From the NCBI GenBank assembly GCA_048883065.1, contig JBHLQZ010000009.1, positions 1 to 23,479 on the forward strand: a DNA stretch of 23,479 bases, in the 5' to 3' direction. Positions 1 through 7,216 of this stretch are shown one piece after another. The number at the start of each line of letters is the position of its first letter. The stretch's first letter is position 1. This DNA is from Candidatus Thorarchaeota archaeon. GTDB taxonomy: Archaea; Asgardarchaeota; Heimdallarchaeia; Heimdallarchaeales; Heimdallarchaeaceae. The notes beneath the pieces are model-generated. The model saw only the letters and a program-made list of their open reading frames with translations, was not told the origin of the DNA and did not search any database. The translations under genes were made by a program, and so were the position numbers.

Positions 1-98
1 TTGTTCTCTATAAGACGATTTGTTGTAACTATTTCCTTTGAATGAGGAGCCATGAGTTCTATCTGAATCACGTGTTGTCGTAAATGTCACCTTTTTAG

Positions 99-179
99 TT
101 ATTTCTTCTTAGGAGCAGTTTTAGGTTTTTGACTTGTTGCAGCTTTTTTCTTAGCTGGTTTTTTCTTTGATTTAGACAT
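99..179 (-). CDS. hypothetical 26-aa lysine-rich basic micro-protein
   Basis: My own minus-strand translation: ATG at 179-177, MSKSKKKPAKKKAATSQKPKTAPKKK, TAA at 101-99. A GAGGT Shine-Dalgarno-like motif lies 7 nt upstream and overlaps the TGA stop of the preceding acidic micro-ORF (TGAGGTATAAAAAATG). The ORF is too short for the supplied ORF track. Confidence 0.35.
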   Translation of the reverse strand: MSKSKKKPAKKKAATSQKPKTAPKKK

Positions 180-189
180 TTTTTATACC

Positions 190-306
190 TCAATATTCAT
201 CTTCTTGGTCTTCATACCAGTCTTCTTCATCTTCGTACCAGTCTTCTTCCTGGTCTTCTTCTTCCCATTCTTCATCAATGGGTTGCTTTTTATCCTTTGG
301 ATCCAT
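190..306 (-). CDS. hypothetical 38-aa extremely acidic micro-protein with W/Y-punctuated Asp/Glu repeats
   Basis: My own minus-strand translation: ATG at 306-304, MDPKDKKQPIDEEWEEEDQEEDWYEDEEDWYEDQEDEY, TGA at 192-190. The EEDWYED unit repeats internally, and the DNA motif taccagtcttcttc occurs twice. A weak GGAG lies about 11 nt upstream. The ORF sits directly upstream of the basic micro-ORF and appears coupled to it. Confidence 0.35.
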   Translation of the reverse strand: MDPKDKKQPIDEEWEEEDQEEDWYEDEEDWYEDQEDEY

Positions 307-518
307 TATGATCGTAACTCCGGATTTTTTGTTTGCTTCATCCCTCAATCTCAATTGTGAAGAAACATCTTCAAGATGAGATGATTAGGCAAAAAATGGA
401 TTTTGAATCTGGGATATAAAGATTTCTATGGTTATAATTTTCTTCAAAAAAGAGATAAAATTTTTAGTTAATTTTTCTCATAAAAGAATCTTCATCTTTA
501 GGTTATTTTTTACTAAAA

Positions 519-1262
519 ATGAAAAGTTTATATTCGAAAAATTATGATAAAAATTATTGGTGGAAAATATTGAAATTTCAACTAAATCGAAAAAAAGAAT
601 GGGGTTTTTTTATTAATCCTAACAACTTTCAAATTGGTGAGTTGAAAGGAGAAATCCCCAATGGGTACTTCATTATTCTTCGAAGAAGAGAATTTGAGGA
701 TTCAATTGGAAAAAGTGTAATAAGAAATCTCTATGGATTAATTTCTAAAGATAATGTTAACTATTTATCAAAGAAGGAAATGGCTTTGAGATTATCAGAG
801 AGATGTGCACAGTTCATTCTAAAAAACAATAAACTTCCTCCTAAAGTTTCCATTGAAAAAAAACCAAAGGAAAAAAAACCAATAGAATTAGCATTTGGTT
901 TTAGCAAGTATGATGTGTTTCATTTGAAAATTGCAGAGGAAATGTTGAATGGAAAAAATCCTAAGACAGTATTAGAAAAAATTATTGAATCTACAAGTAA
1001 GAATTTATATGAAATGGAAATGGAGAAAATCTGGAAAATTGAATATGCACCAAATGGTAGATCCTTATGTAAAAAATGTAAAAGACAAATCAAAGAGAAA
1101 GAGATTAGATTAGGAGAACCATATTACAGTGACGAAAACCTTATTTTTCAATGGAATCATCTGAATTGTATAAATCTATCAAAATTGAATCGAAATATGG
1201 TAACAGGATTAGATGATATAGATGAAACAGACAAAAGAAGAATTGAAAAAAAACTCAAATGA
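519..1262 (+). CDS. hypothetical protein with a C-terminal PARP-type zinc finger (zf-PARP) domain
   Basis: 247-aa ORF. Residues about 172-246, WKIEYAPNGRSLCKKCKRQIKEKEIRLGEPYYSDENLIFQWNHLNCINLSKLNRNMVTGLDDIDETDKRRIEKKL, fit the zf-PARP pattern as I remember it (EYAkSGRaxCKxCxxxIxKxxlRlG...WxHxxC...i.G.d.L). The ligands are C184, C187, H214 and C217 (codons at nt 1068, 1077, 1158, 1167). I do not recognise the N-terminal 170 aa. Confidence 0.75.
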   Translation: MKSLYSKNYDKNYWWKILKFQLNRKKEWGFFINPNNFQIGELKGEIPNGYFIILRRREFEDSIGKSVIRNLYGLISKDNVNYLSKKEMALRLSERCAQFILKNNKLPPKVSIEKKPKEKKPIELAFGFSKYDVFHLKIAEEMLNGKNPKTVLEKIIESTSKNLYEMEMEKIWKIEYAPNGRSLCKKCKRQIKEKEIRLGEPYYSDENLIFQWNHLNCINLSKLNRNMVTGLDDIDETDKRRIEKKLK

Positions 1263-1322
1263 TTCTTAGACTATTGATTTATCTCGAAAAAGACTTTTAT
1301 CTTATTATTTTATTCTTATCTC

Positions 1323-2528
1323 ATGCAAGCATCTAGAAGTAACAAAAGTACCTCAAAAAAGAAATCAAGAAAAAGAAAACTTGTTATATTCCGAGGGAAG
1401 ATAAAACAACTTCTAATTGCGGTCTTAATATTAGTTATATTTTGGATAATAGGATTAATTGTTTTTTATGGAATTGAAATAGATAGAAGCTTCTCAAATA
1501 TAGTTCTAGTATCTTTACTATTAAGAGAAGGGGCAGATACAATTTTTTACTCGATTTATAGATTCCTTTTTCCTTTGCTATTTGAGCTTCTTATATTAAG
1601 TATTGTAGTTTCGTTCTTGTTAGAATACTATAGCTTTGATCCAGTTGATCGAGCAAGGAAACTTGTTAAACGTCAATCCGATCACTCTGTAGTATTGGGT
1701 TATAACCACCTTGGAGAGAGAATTGTAGAATTTTTACGTGAACATAAACAACCCTATGTATTAGTCGAACAAGAAAAGGAATTGATTGATGAACTGATTA
1801 GTTTAGGACAACCAGTGGTTGTGGGCGATTATACAAGTGATGATATAATTGAATTATCTGGGATTAAGAAAAGCAAAGAAATTTTTTGCGTTTCAAGTAA
1901 CTTACGTAGTTCTTTAATTGCTGCAGAGAAGGCAAGAGAACTTAACAAAAACTGTAAATTGTATATGAGGATGTTTGATGAGCATTTTAGGGAATTTCTA
2001 GAAGGGGATCCTTGGGATGCTTATACTTTCTCAACTTCAGGTTGGATCATGGAGTCAATAAAAGAATGGACAAAAGGTATCGATGGATCAGTAGTTATTT
2101 TGGGAAATGATTCTACTGTTAAAAGAATAATTCAATACATAGGAGAAGAATTGAAGAAGGAAATTTATGTTATTGACCCTATAATTGATCCTGATTTATT
2201 TGAACTTGATACTATACAAGTTTATAATGATAAAATTAAATATCTTGAAAGTTTAGAGGATCTCTGCAATCTTAAAAATGTTTCACAAGTGTATATTTGT
2301 TGGAATAAAGAAGAACTATTTTCTGATGCAATATTACTGACTAAAGCATTGAAACAAAAATATTCCCAAATAACTGTTTATGTTCGAATGTTTGATGAGG
2401 AATTAGCAAGAATTGCTAAGATTTTAGATGCCATTCCTTTTTCTACTTCAGCTTATGCTTTTAAGATGTTACAAAAAGAAGTGGACATGGATTCAGGAAT
2501 TTCTCTAATTAAAGAAAAAAAATCTTGA
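1323..2528 (+). CDS. membrane protein with two cytoplasmic RCK/TrkA-N-like Rossmann domains; no recognisable K+ selectivity filter
   Basis: 401-aa ORF with a basic N-terminus followed by hydrophobic helices (LLIAVLILVIFWIIGLIVFYGI; LFPLLFELLILSIVVSFLL). Two Rossmann-like segments follow, starting VVLGYNHLGERIVEFLREHKQPYVLVEQ and VVILGNDSTVKRIIQYIGEELKKEIYVIDP, each ending in a MFDE motif. No TxGYG-type pore signature is visible. Confidence 0.55.
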   Translation: MQASRSNKSTSKKKSRKRKLVIFRGKIKQLLIAVLILVIFWIIGLIVFYGIEIDRSFSNIVLVSLLLREGADTIFYSIYRFLFPLLFELLILSIVVSFLLEYYSFDPVDRARKLVKRQSDHSVVLGYNHLGERIVEFLREHKQPYVLVEQEKELIDELISLGQPVVVGDYTSDDIIELSGIKKSKEIFCVSSNLRSSLIAAEKARELNKNCKLYMRMFDEHFREFLEGDPWDAYTFSTSGWIMESIKEWTKGIDGSVVILGNDSTVKRIIQYIGEELKKEIYVIDPIIDPDLFELDTIQVYNDKIKYLESLEDLCNLKNVSQVYICWNKEELFSDAILLTKALKQKYSQITVYVRMFDEELARIAKILDAIPFSTSAYAFKMLQKEVDMDSGISLIKEKKS

Positions 2529-2537
2529 GAATATTGC

Positions 2538-3014
2538 ATGTACCCTCAAAGTTTAAAAATTCAAAAGAATAGATTAGTCAGAATGTCATCAAAATCTACT
2601 GAAAATACAAGAAAAGGATTCAAGTTTGCTTTAATCTTATTTGGTATATTAGAAATTGGGGGAGTAATTACAGGACTAGTGTTTATTTTTTCATCTTTTG
2701 CTGATATTGGAAGCGGTGGTGGTGTTGATTTAGATAAGATGTGGATTGGTAATTACATTTTATTTGGTGTTGCTGGTGCACTTCCTTTGCTTGGAATGCC
2801 TATATTGTTTGCTTTTGTAAATTCAAAAAGGAAAACCATTGCTTCGGCTGTTACAAATATGAGGAAGAATCTAATTGGTCCTTTTGCTCCAGATTATACT
2901 GCTTCAGGTATCAAAAAACCTAGGTTTTGTGAGTATTGTGGATTTGAAGTAAGAACTGGAGAAAGAGAGTGCCCAGAATGTGGTGGTCCAGTTAGAACGC
3001 TTAAAGGATATTAA
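2538..3014 (+). CDS. membrane protein with a C-terminal zinc-ribbon
   Basis: 158-aa ORF starting 9 nt after the preceding gene. It has two hydrophobic helices (FKFALILFGILEIGGVITGLVFIF; ILFGVAGALPLLGMPILFAFV) and a C-terminal CxxC-x10-CxxC motif (CEYCGFEVRTGERECPECG). An internal start at Met16 is possible. Confidence 0.55.
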   Translation: MYPQSLKIQKNRLVRMSSKSTENTRKGFKFALILFGILEIGGVITGLVFIFSSFADIGSGGGVDLDKMWIGNYILFGVAGALPLLGMPILFAFVNSKRKTIASAVTNMRKNLIGPFAPDYTASGIKKPRFCEYCGFEVRTGERECPECGGPVRTLKGY

Positions 3015-3189
3015 AGTTTTTTTAACTTTTATTTTCTTCTATCTGGAATCTCTAATCTAAAACCTTGTAAATACTTACTAGCTGTTTCATTTGCGTGAAA
3101 TATTTTAAATATAAGCAGAAGAATCTATCCTTTAATTCCAGCTAAATCAATTAATCTACTAGATGTAGTGTAAAGTTTGGTGGATAAAT

Positions 3190-4404
3190 ATGACAAAATA
3201 TTTCAAAAAATGTAATCGATATTTTCGTTTTGGAGAACCCACTATTGCTAAAGCTGCAGGTTATTATCCATATTTTCATCCTATTACTGGTGAACAAAAT
3301 CCTGTTGTTATAATGGATGATAACAAGGAAACAATCATGTGTGGGAGTAATAATTATCTTGGTATGACTTCTCATCCAAAAGTGAAGGAGGCTGCTAAAG
3401 CAGCAATTGATGAGTATGGTGTTGGTTCAACAGGTTCAAGGTTACTTAATGGCACAATGGAGATTCATTTGGAATTAGAAGAAAGACTAGCCAAATTTGT
3501 TGGTACAGAAGATTGTGTTGTTTATTCTACTGGAATGCAAGCAAATCTAGGTACTCTATCGGCTCTGCTTTCAGAAGAAGATGAGTGGGTAGTCTCTGAT
3601 CAATGTAATCACGCATCAATTATAGATGGAATTAGATTAGGTAAGAATAAGGCAGAAAATAAAAAAATCTACAAACATAATAATATGGAAGATTTTGAGA
3701 AATGTATAAGAGAGGTGCCAAAAGGAAAAGCATTGATTGTTACTGATGGAGTCTTTAGTATGGAAGGCGCGATTGCAAAACTTGATACCATAGTAGATTT
3801 AGCGGAAGAAAGAGATGCTGGAGTTTATGTGGATGATGCTCACGCTGTAGGAGTCATTGGACCCTATGGTAGGGGGACTGCAAATCATTTTGACATTCTA
3901 GATAAAGTAGATGTTACAATGGGAACTTTTTCCAAAACCTTTGCTACAGTTGGTGGATACGTAGCAACGGATAAGAAAATCTGTAACTGGTTGCGTCATA
4001 AAGCTAGAGCTTTTATTTTCTCAGCAAGCCCACCTCCTGCTACTTGTGCAACAGTATTAGCTATATTAGATTTAATTGAAAACGATGAATCTTACAAAAA
4101 CAGATTAACTGAAATAGGAAATAAAATGAGAAAAGGTTTATCAGACATGGGATATGACACAGGTCCTTCAGAAACACCTATCGTTCCTTTGATAATTGGG
4201 GGGATTAAAAAAACCATGAACTTCTTCATGGATTTATATAACCATAAACCTGTGGGAATATTTACTAATCCTGTAATGGCTCCTGCAACTCAAGAAGGAA
4301 GAGAGTTGGTTAGAACTTCGTATATGGCAACCATGACTGATGAAGTACTAGATCAAGCATTAGAAATCTTTGAAAAAGTTGGAAGAAAAGCGAAAATAAT
4401 TTAA
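3190..4404 (+). CDS. PLP-dependent alpha-oxoamine synthase (BioF/Kbl/SPT family), closest in motif pattern to serine palmitoyltransferase
   Basis: 404-aa ORF. A GGTGGA Shine-Dalgarno-like motif lies 5 nt upstream of the ATG. Family motifs: SNNYLGM, GSTGSRLLNGT, VYSTGMQANLG, DDAHAVG, GPYGRG, the PLP-lysine motif GTFSKTF (K249, nt 3934-3936), and FIFSASPPPA. Confidence 0.9.
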   Translation: MTKYFKKCNRYFRFGEPTIAKAAGYYPYFHPITGEQNPVVIMDDNKETIMCGSNNYLGMTSHPKVKEAAKAAIDEYGVGSTGSRLLNGTMEIHLELEERLAKFVGTEDCVVYSTGMQANLGTLSALLSEEDEWVVSDQCNHASIIDGIRLGKNKAENKKIYKHNNMEDFEKCIREVPKGKALIVTDGVFSMEGAIAKLDTIVDLAEERDAGVYVDDAHAVGVIGPYGRGTANHFDILDKVDVTMGTFSKTFATVGGYVATDKKICNWLRHKARAFIFSASPPPATCATVLAILDLIENDESYKNRLTEIGNKMRKGLSDMGYDTGPSETPIVPLIIGGIKKTMNFFMDLYNHKPVGIFTNPVMAPATQEGRELVRTSYMATMTDEVLDQALEIFEKVGRKAKII

Positions 4405-4413
4405 TGTTTTGAC

Positions 4414-5283
4414 TTATTCTAAATCTATCCAGAATTCTTTTTCTGGATGTTCTTTTTCTTCACTTAATCTTTTATCTATCCAACAGAAATCACAATAATA
4501 ATTTCCAATCATAATTGTTTTTTCTCTTGTTAAGCTAAAATTCTTATTCATTCTTTTTGTAGTATGAAAATCGTGATAGCACAGAACGTAATATGCTAAT
4601 TCTTTATCATAATTAGCATCAAAGTCCTTTAAAGCTTCTTGAATCATACATTTATTTATTTTCACTCCAATTTTCCCCTCTTCTTGTTTAAAAGCAACAT
4701 AGTTGTGTGTATATTTGTATTCCTTTTCATGTAACTCAATTATCTCTTCCACATACTCCATTGTGGGGGGAGCTAGTTCTTTACTTTCATAAATAAAATC
4801 AATATATTTCTTATAAAATTCAATTGCTTTCTCTCTTTGCATGAAATCTTTGAGTGCGATTGCAATTAGATAGGTTGGGACGATTATTCCCTTTGTTCTG
4901 TCAAATAATTTTACTCTTAACTTTGTCCCGCGTTTGGAGAAATGATATTTGTTAAGATCAAGTGAGAGTTTAATAACTTCTATAAGCTTACTTTGTAACA
5001 ATCGAAAGAAATCTAGTATAACTAAATCCTTTCCTTTTTGTTTTAATCTGTAGTTTCTAAGTAATGAAAAAACAGCAGCAGAAACTTCTTCTTCTCTTTT
5101 AATTATTTCAGATAACCTTTTTCCCAAAGCTCTAATATATGGTAGAAAATAATCAGGATAGTTTTCAGCTAAATACTCTAAGAACGAGTTGAAATGCAAA
5201 AGAATAGTGTTTACAAGATTCTTTAAATTAAGATCTATCTCTAAGTTCTCATTATAATCATCGTTTCTTTCGAGTATAATCAC
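4414..5283 (-). CDS. hypothetical protein, possibly L-2-amino-thiazoline-4-carboxylic acid hydrolase-like (ATC-hydrolase family)
   Basis: 289-aa ORF with a GTG start. The C-terminal segment INKCMIQEALKDFDANYDKELAYYVLCYHDFHTTKRMNKNFSLTREKTIMIGNYYCDFCW resembles the C...C.D......R..T...G..CDF pattern I remember for that family. I do not recognise the N-terminal two thirds. Confidence 0.4.
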   Translation of the reverse strand: MIILERNDDYNENLEIDLNLKNLVNTILLHFNSFLEYLAENYPDYFLPYIRALGKRLSEIIKREEEVSAAVFSLLRNYRLKQKGKDLVILDFFRLLQSKLIEVIKLSLDLNKYHFSKRGTKLRVKLFDRTKGIIVPTYLIAIALKDFMQREKAIEFYKKYIDFIYESKELAPPTMEYVEEIIELHEKEYKYTHNYVAFKQEEGKIGVKINKCMIQEALKDFDANYDKELAYYVLCYHDFHTTKRMNKNFSLTREKTIMIGNYYCDFCWIDKRLSEEKEHPEKEFWIDLE

Positions 5284-5371
5284 AACAATAGTATTGTAAA
5301 AAACATTTAAAATCTTTATTAACCACCAAAATATGAAGTTGATTTTGCTTTGATTCTCATAAGAAGATACT

Positions 5372-6040
5372 TTAGAGCAGGACTATACTTCTTAGCATTT
5401 CTGCACAGTCTTCAATAAGATCAGAAGTTTCCTCTAGGTCTTTCATTGCATGGTCAAGGATTATTAAAGCACCAGCAGGAACTCCCTCTGTTTTGTTAGC
5501 TATCTGATATTTTAGTTCTCTATATTTATCATCTATTTTCGATTCAATACTATCTACTTTAGCTATATCCTCAATAAGTTGAGGGTGTTCAAGTTTGAAC
5601 ATATCATCAAACACTTTGATAAAAGCCTCGACTTCATCTACAAGGAGCTTAAAAATAGAATCTAATATTTTATTTACTCCTTTAGGAAAATCATGTTCAA
5701 TCAACAGTAATAAATTGTTTACACTTCTTTTTACGCTGCCAGCTGCTTTATCTGCTGTACGTATAAAGTTTAACAAATCAGCTCTTACATATTCAGGAGT
5801 TTGACCTTCTGATAACATGTCAATAATTTCGACTTCTACTTTGTCAGCTGTTTTTTCTTCTTGGTGTATGATCTCATACATGTTTCTTGCCGCATTTTCA
5901 TCTTTTTCAGTCCAGAATTTAAAGAAATCTTTGGATTTTATTATGCAACTGTTCACATGTACCAAATGGGTTCTTATTTTATCTAAAATTCGAGATTCTC
6001 TCCTTCTACTTAACCATTGTCTGAGCTCTTTAGTGTTCAT
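5372..6040 (-). CDS. DUF47 / PhoU-like (TIGR00153-type) putative transport regulator
   Basis: 222-aa all-helical ORF, a length typical of DUF47. The segment EEKTADKVEVEIIDML...PEYVRADLLNFIRTADKAAG fits the E..aD...i...L...p..R.Dl..l....D pattern of PhoU-divergent proteins. It is on the same strand as the ABC operon and 69 nt downstream of it. Confidence 0.55.
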   Translation of the reverse strand: MNTKELRQWLSRRRESRILDKIRTHLVHVNSCIIKSKDFFKFWTEKDENAARNMYEIIHQEEKTADKVEVEIIDMLSEGQTPEYVRADLLNFIRTADKAAGSVKRSVNNLLLLIEHDFPKGVNKILDSIFKLLVDEVEAFIKVFDDMFKLEHPQLIEDIAKVDSIESKIDDKYRELKYQIANKTEGVPAGALIILDHAMKDLEETSDLIEDCAEMLRSIVLL

Positions 6041-6109
6041 TTTAAATCCCCTCTACAACGGGAATATGCTTTTTTAGCTATTCCTTCTATTTTATAAAAA
6101 GTATTTGTT

Positions 6110-7216
6110 TTATTTATGCACATTTCTCTTACTCCTTATTTTTTGAAAAATTCTATAATCATCTTTATCTGTAGCAATCAACACTTCACTATTTTTTTCT
6201 AGTGGAATATCCTTTCCAATTAGTTCTTTTGCTTTAATAGAAATACCATTAACTAAAAGATCAATTTCGTAAAATTCCCCTATGCATTTTGAATTGAGTA
6301 TTGTTGCCTTTATAATATTATCATAATTGAGTACATCTTTTTCTGATATATGATATACATCCACTAATTCTGATGGTACTAGAGCAATCACTTCTTTCCC
6401 ATCTTGTAAATCAGTTTCAATTTTTAGTTTTGTTCCATTTTCATGAACCAGAAAGACATCTTTCTTTTTTCTTTCAACTTTTCCTTCAATTGTTGAAGAT
6501 TCTCCCAAAAAATTCGCAACATATAATGAAATTGGATTATTATACACTTCTTCAGGTGTTCCAATTTGTTCAATCTTCCCTTCCTTAAACACAGCAATTC
6601 TATCTGCAACACGCATTGCTTCATGAGTATCATGTGTTGCATGAATACAAGTAATTCCTAAATCCTTAACCAAATTTCTAAGCTCAATTTGAAGCATTTC
6701 TCTAATTTTGGCATCTAAAGCACGTAAAGGATCATCCATAACTAATAAATGTGCATTTGAAACTATAGCTCTAGCTAATGCAACTCGTTGTTTTTGTCCT
6801 CCACTGATTTCATCTGGATAATTCTGCTCTTTCCCTGAAATGTTAAGTAGTGTAAATAACTCTCTTGCAATCACTCTAGATTCATGCAGATTGAGATCTT
6901 TAACAATAGGTCCAAATAAAACATTTGATTCAACAGTCATCCTAGAAAATAGATTATATTCCTCAAAAACAAAACCTACATTTCTATCTTCTGCTTCGAC
7001 TTCAGATACATCTTCATCATCGAATAAAATAGCCCCACTTGAAGGTTTGAGTAATCCAGATACAAGATACATGGTCGTTGTTTTTCCTGAACCTGTTGGT
7101 CCTAATACTGCCAAATACTCCCCATCTTCTATTGTTAGATTAAGATCTTCTACACCTCTTCTACTACCATAGAATTTTGAGATATCTTTTAGTTGTACTT
7201 TAACCATTTCCATCAC
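6110..7216 (-). CDS. ABC transporter ATP-binding protein with a C-terminal TOBE/OB-like extension; Q-loop and Walker B positions are non-canonical
   Basis: 368-aa ORF. Walker A is GPTGSGKTT. The signature ISGGQ (nt 6794-6808) is canonical. Walker B is LLVMDD, with Asp162 at nt 6731-6733 where the catalytic Glu is expected. The Q-loop position reads VFEEY where VFQxY is expected. The H-loop is ATHD. The start is GTG at 7216 or ATG at 7213, and it overlaps the stop of the upstream ATPase gene. Confidence 0.9.
   Translation of the reverse strand: MMEMVKVQLKDISKFYGSRRGVEDLNLTIEDGEYLAVLGPTGSGKTTTMYLVSGLLKPSSGAILFDDEDVSEVEAEDRNVGFVFEEYNLFSRMTVESNVLFGPIVKDLNLHESRVIARELFTLLNISGKEQNYPDEISGGQKQRVALARAIVSNAHLLVMDDPLRALDAKIREMLQIELRNLVKDLGITCIHATHDTHEAMRVADRIAVFKEGKIEQIGTPEEVYNNPISLYVANFLGESSTIEGKVERKKKDVFLVHENGTKLKIETDLQDGKEVIALVPSELVDVYHISEKDVLNYDNIIKATILNSKCIGEFYEIDLLVNGISIKAKELIGKDIPLEKNSEVLIATDKDDYRIFQKIRSKRNVHK

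Noticed and set aside
1-53. Possible start of a minus-strand gene running off the left edge (ATG at 53-51, MAPHSKEIVTTNRLIEN...).
   Set aside because: Two minus-strand frames stay open to the edge: the ATG frame, and a GTG frame starting near nt 86 after an AAGGTGA. Only about 17 codons are visible, so I can neither choose a frame nor assign a product.
366-378. A 13-nt palindrome, CATCTTCAAGATG, in the 307-518 divergent intergenic region.
   Set aside because: It is short and interrupted, has no second copy, and has no clear positional relation to a start codon or TATA-like element, so it is compatible with chance.
856-878. Two A8 homopolymer tracts (856-863 and 871-878) inside the zf-PARP protein gene, as possible slippage or phase-variation sites.
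   Set aside because: They encode a plausible in-frame Lys-rich linker (EKKPKEKKP). Homopolymer A/T runs are frequent throughout this AT-rich window, for example at 8148-8155, 16026-16034 and 18903-18910. There is no evidence of a frameshifted alternative product.
3151-3375. A 74-aa minus-strand ORF overlaps the 5-prime end of the alpha-oxoamine synthase gene.
   Set aside because: It is antisense to a strongly supported CDS, has low-complexity hydrophobic and Ile/Phe-rich composition typical of shadow frames in AT-rich DNA, and contains no motif.
5595-6077. Two plus-strand ORFs (5595-5804 and 5817-6077) lie opposite the DUF47-like gene.
   Set aside because: These are shadow ORFs antisense to a better-supported gene. 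Their Ser/Leu/Phe-rich translations look non-protein-like.
6373-7172. ORFs at 6373-6588 (+), 6424-6642 (-, off-frame) and 6840-7172 (+) lie inside the ABC ATPase gene.
   Set aside because: All are nested within or antisense to a CDS that has complete Walker A, signature, Walker B and H-loop motifs, so they are frame artefacts.
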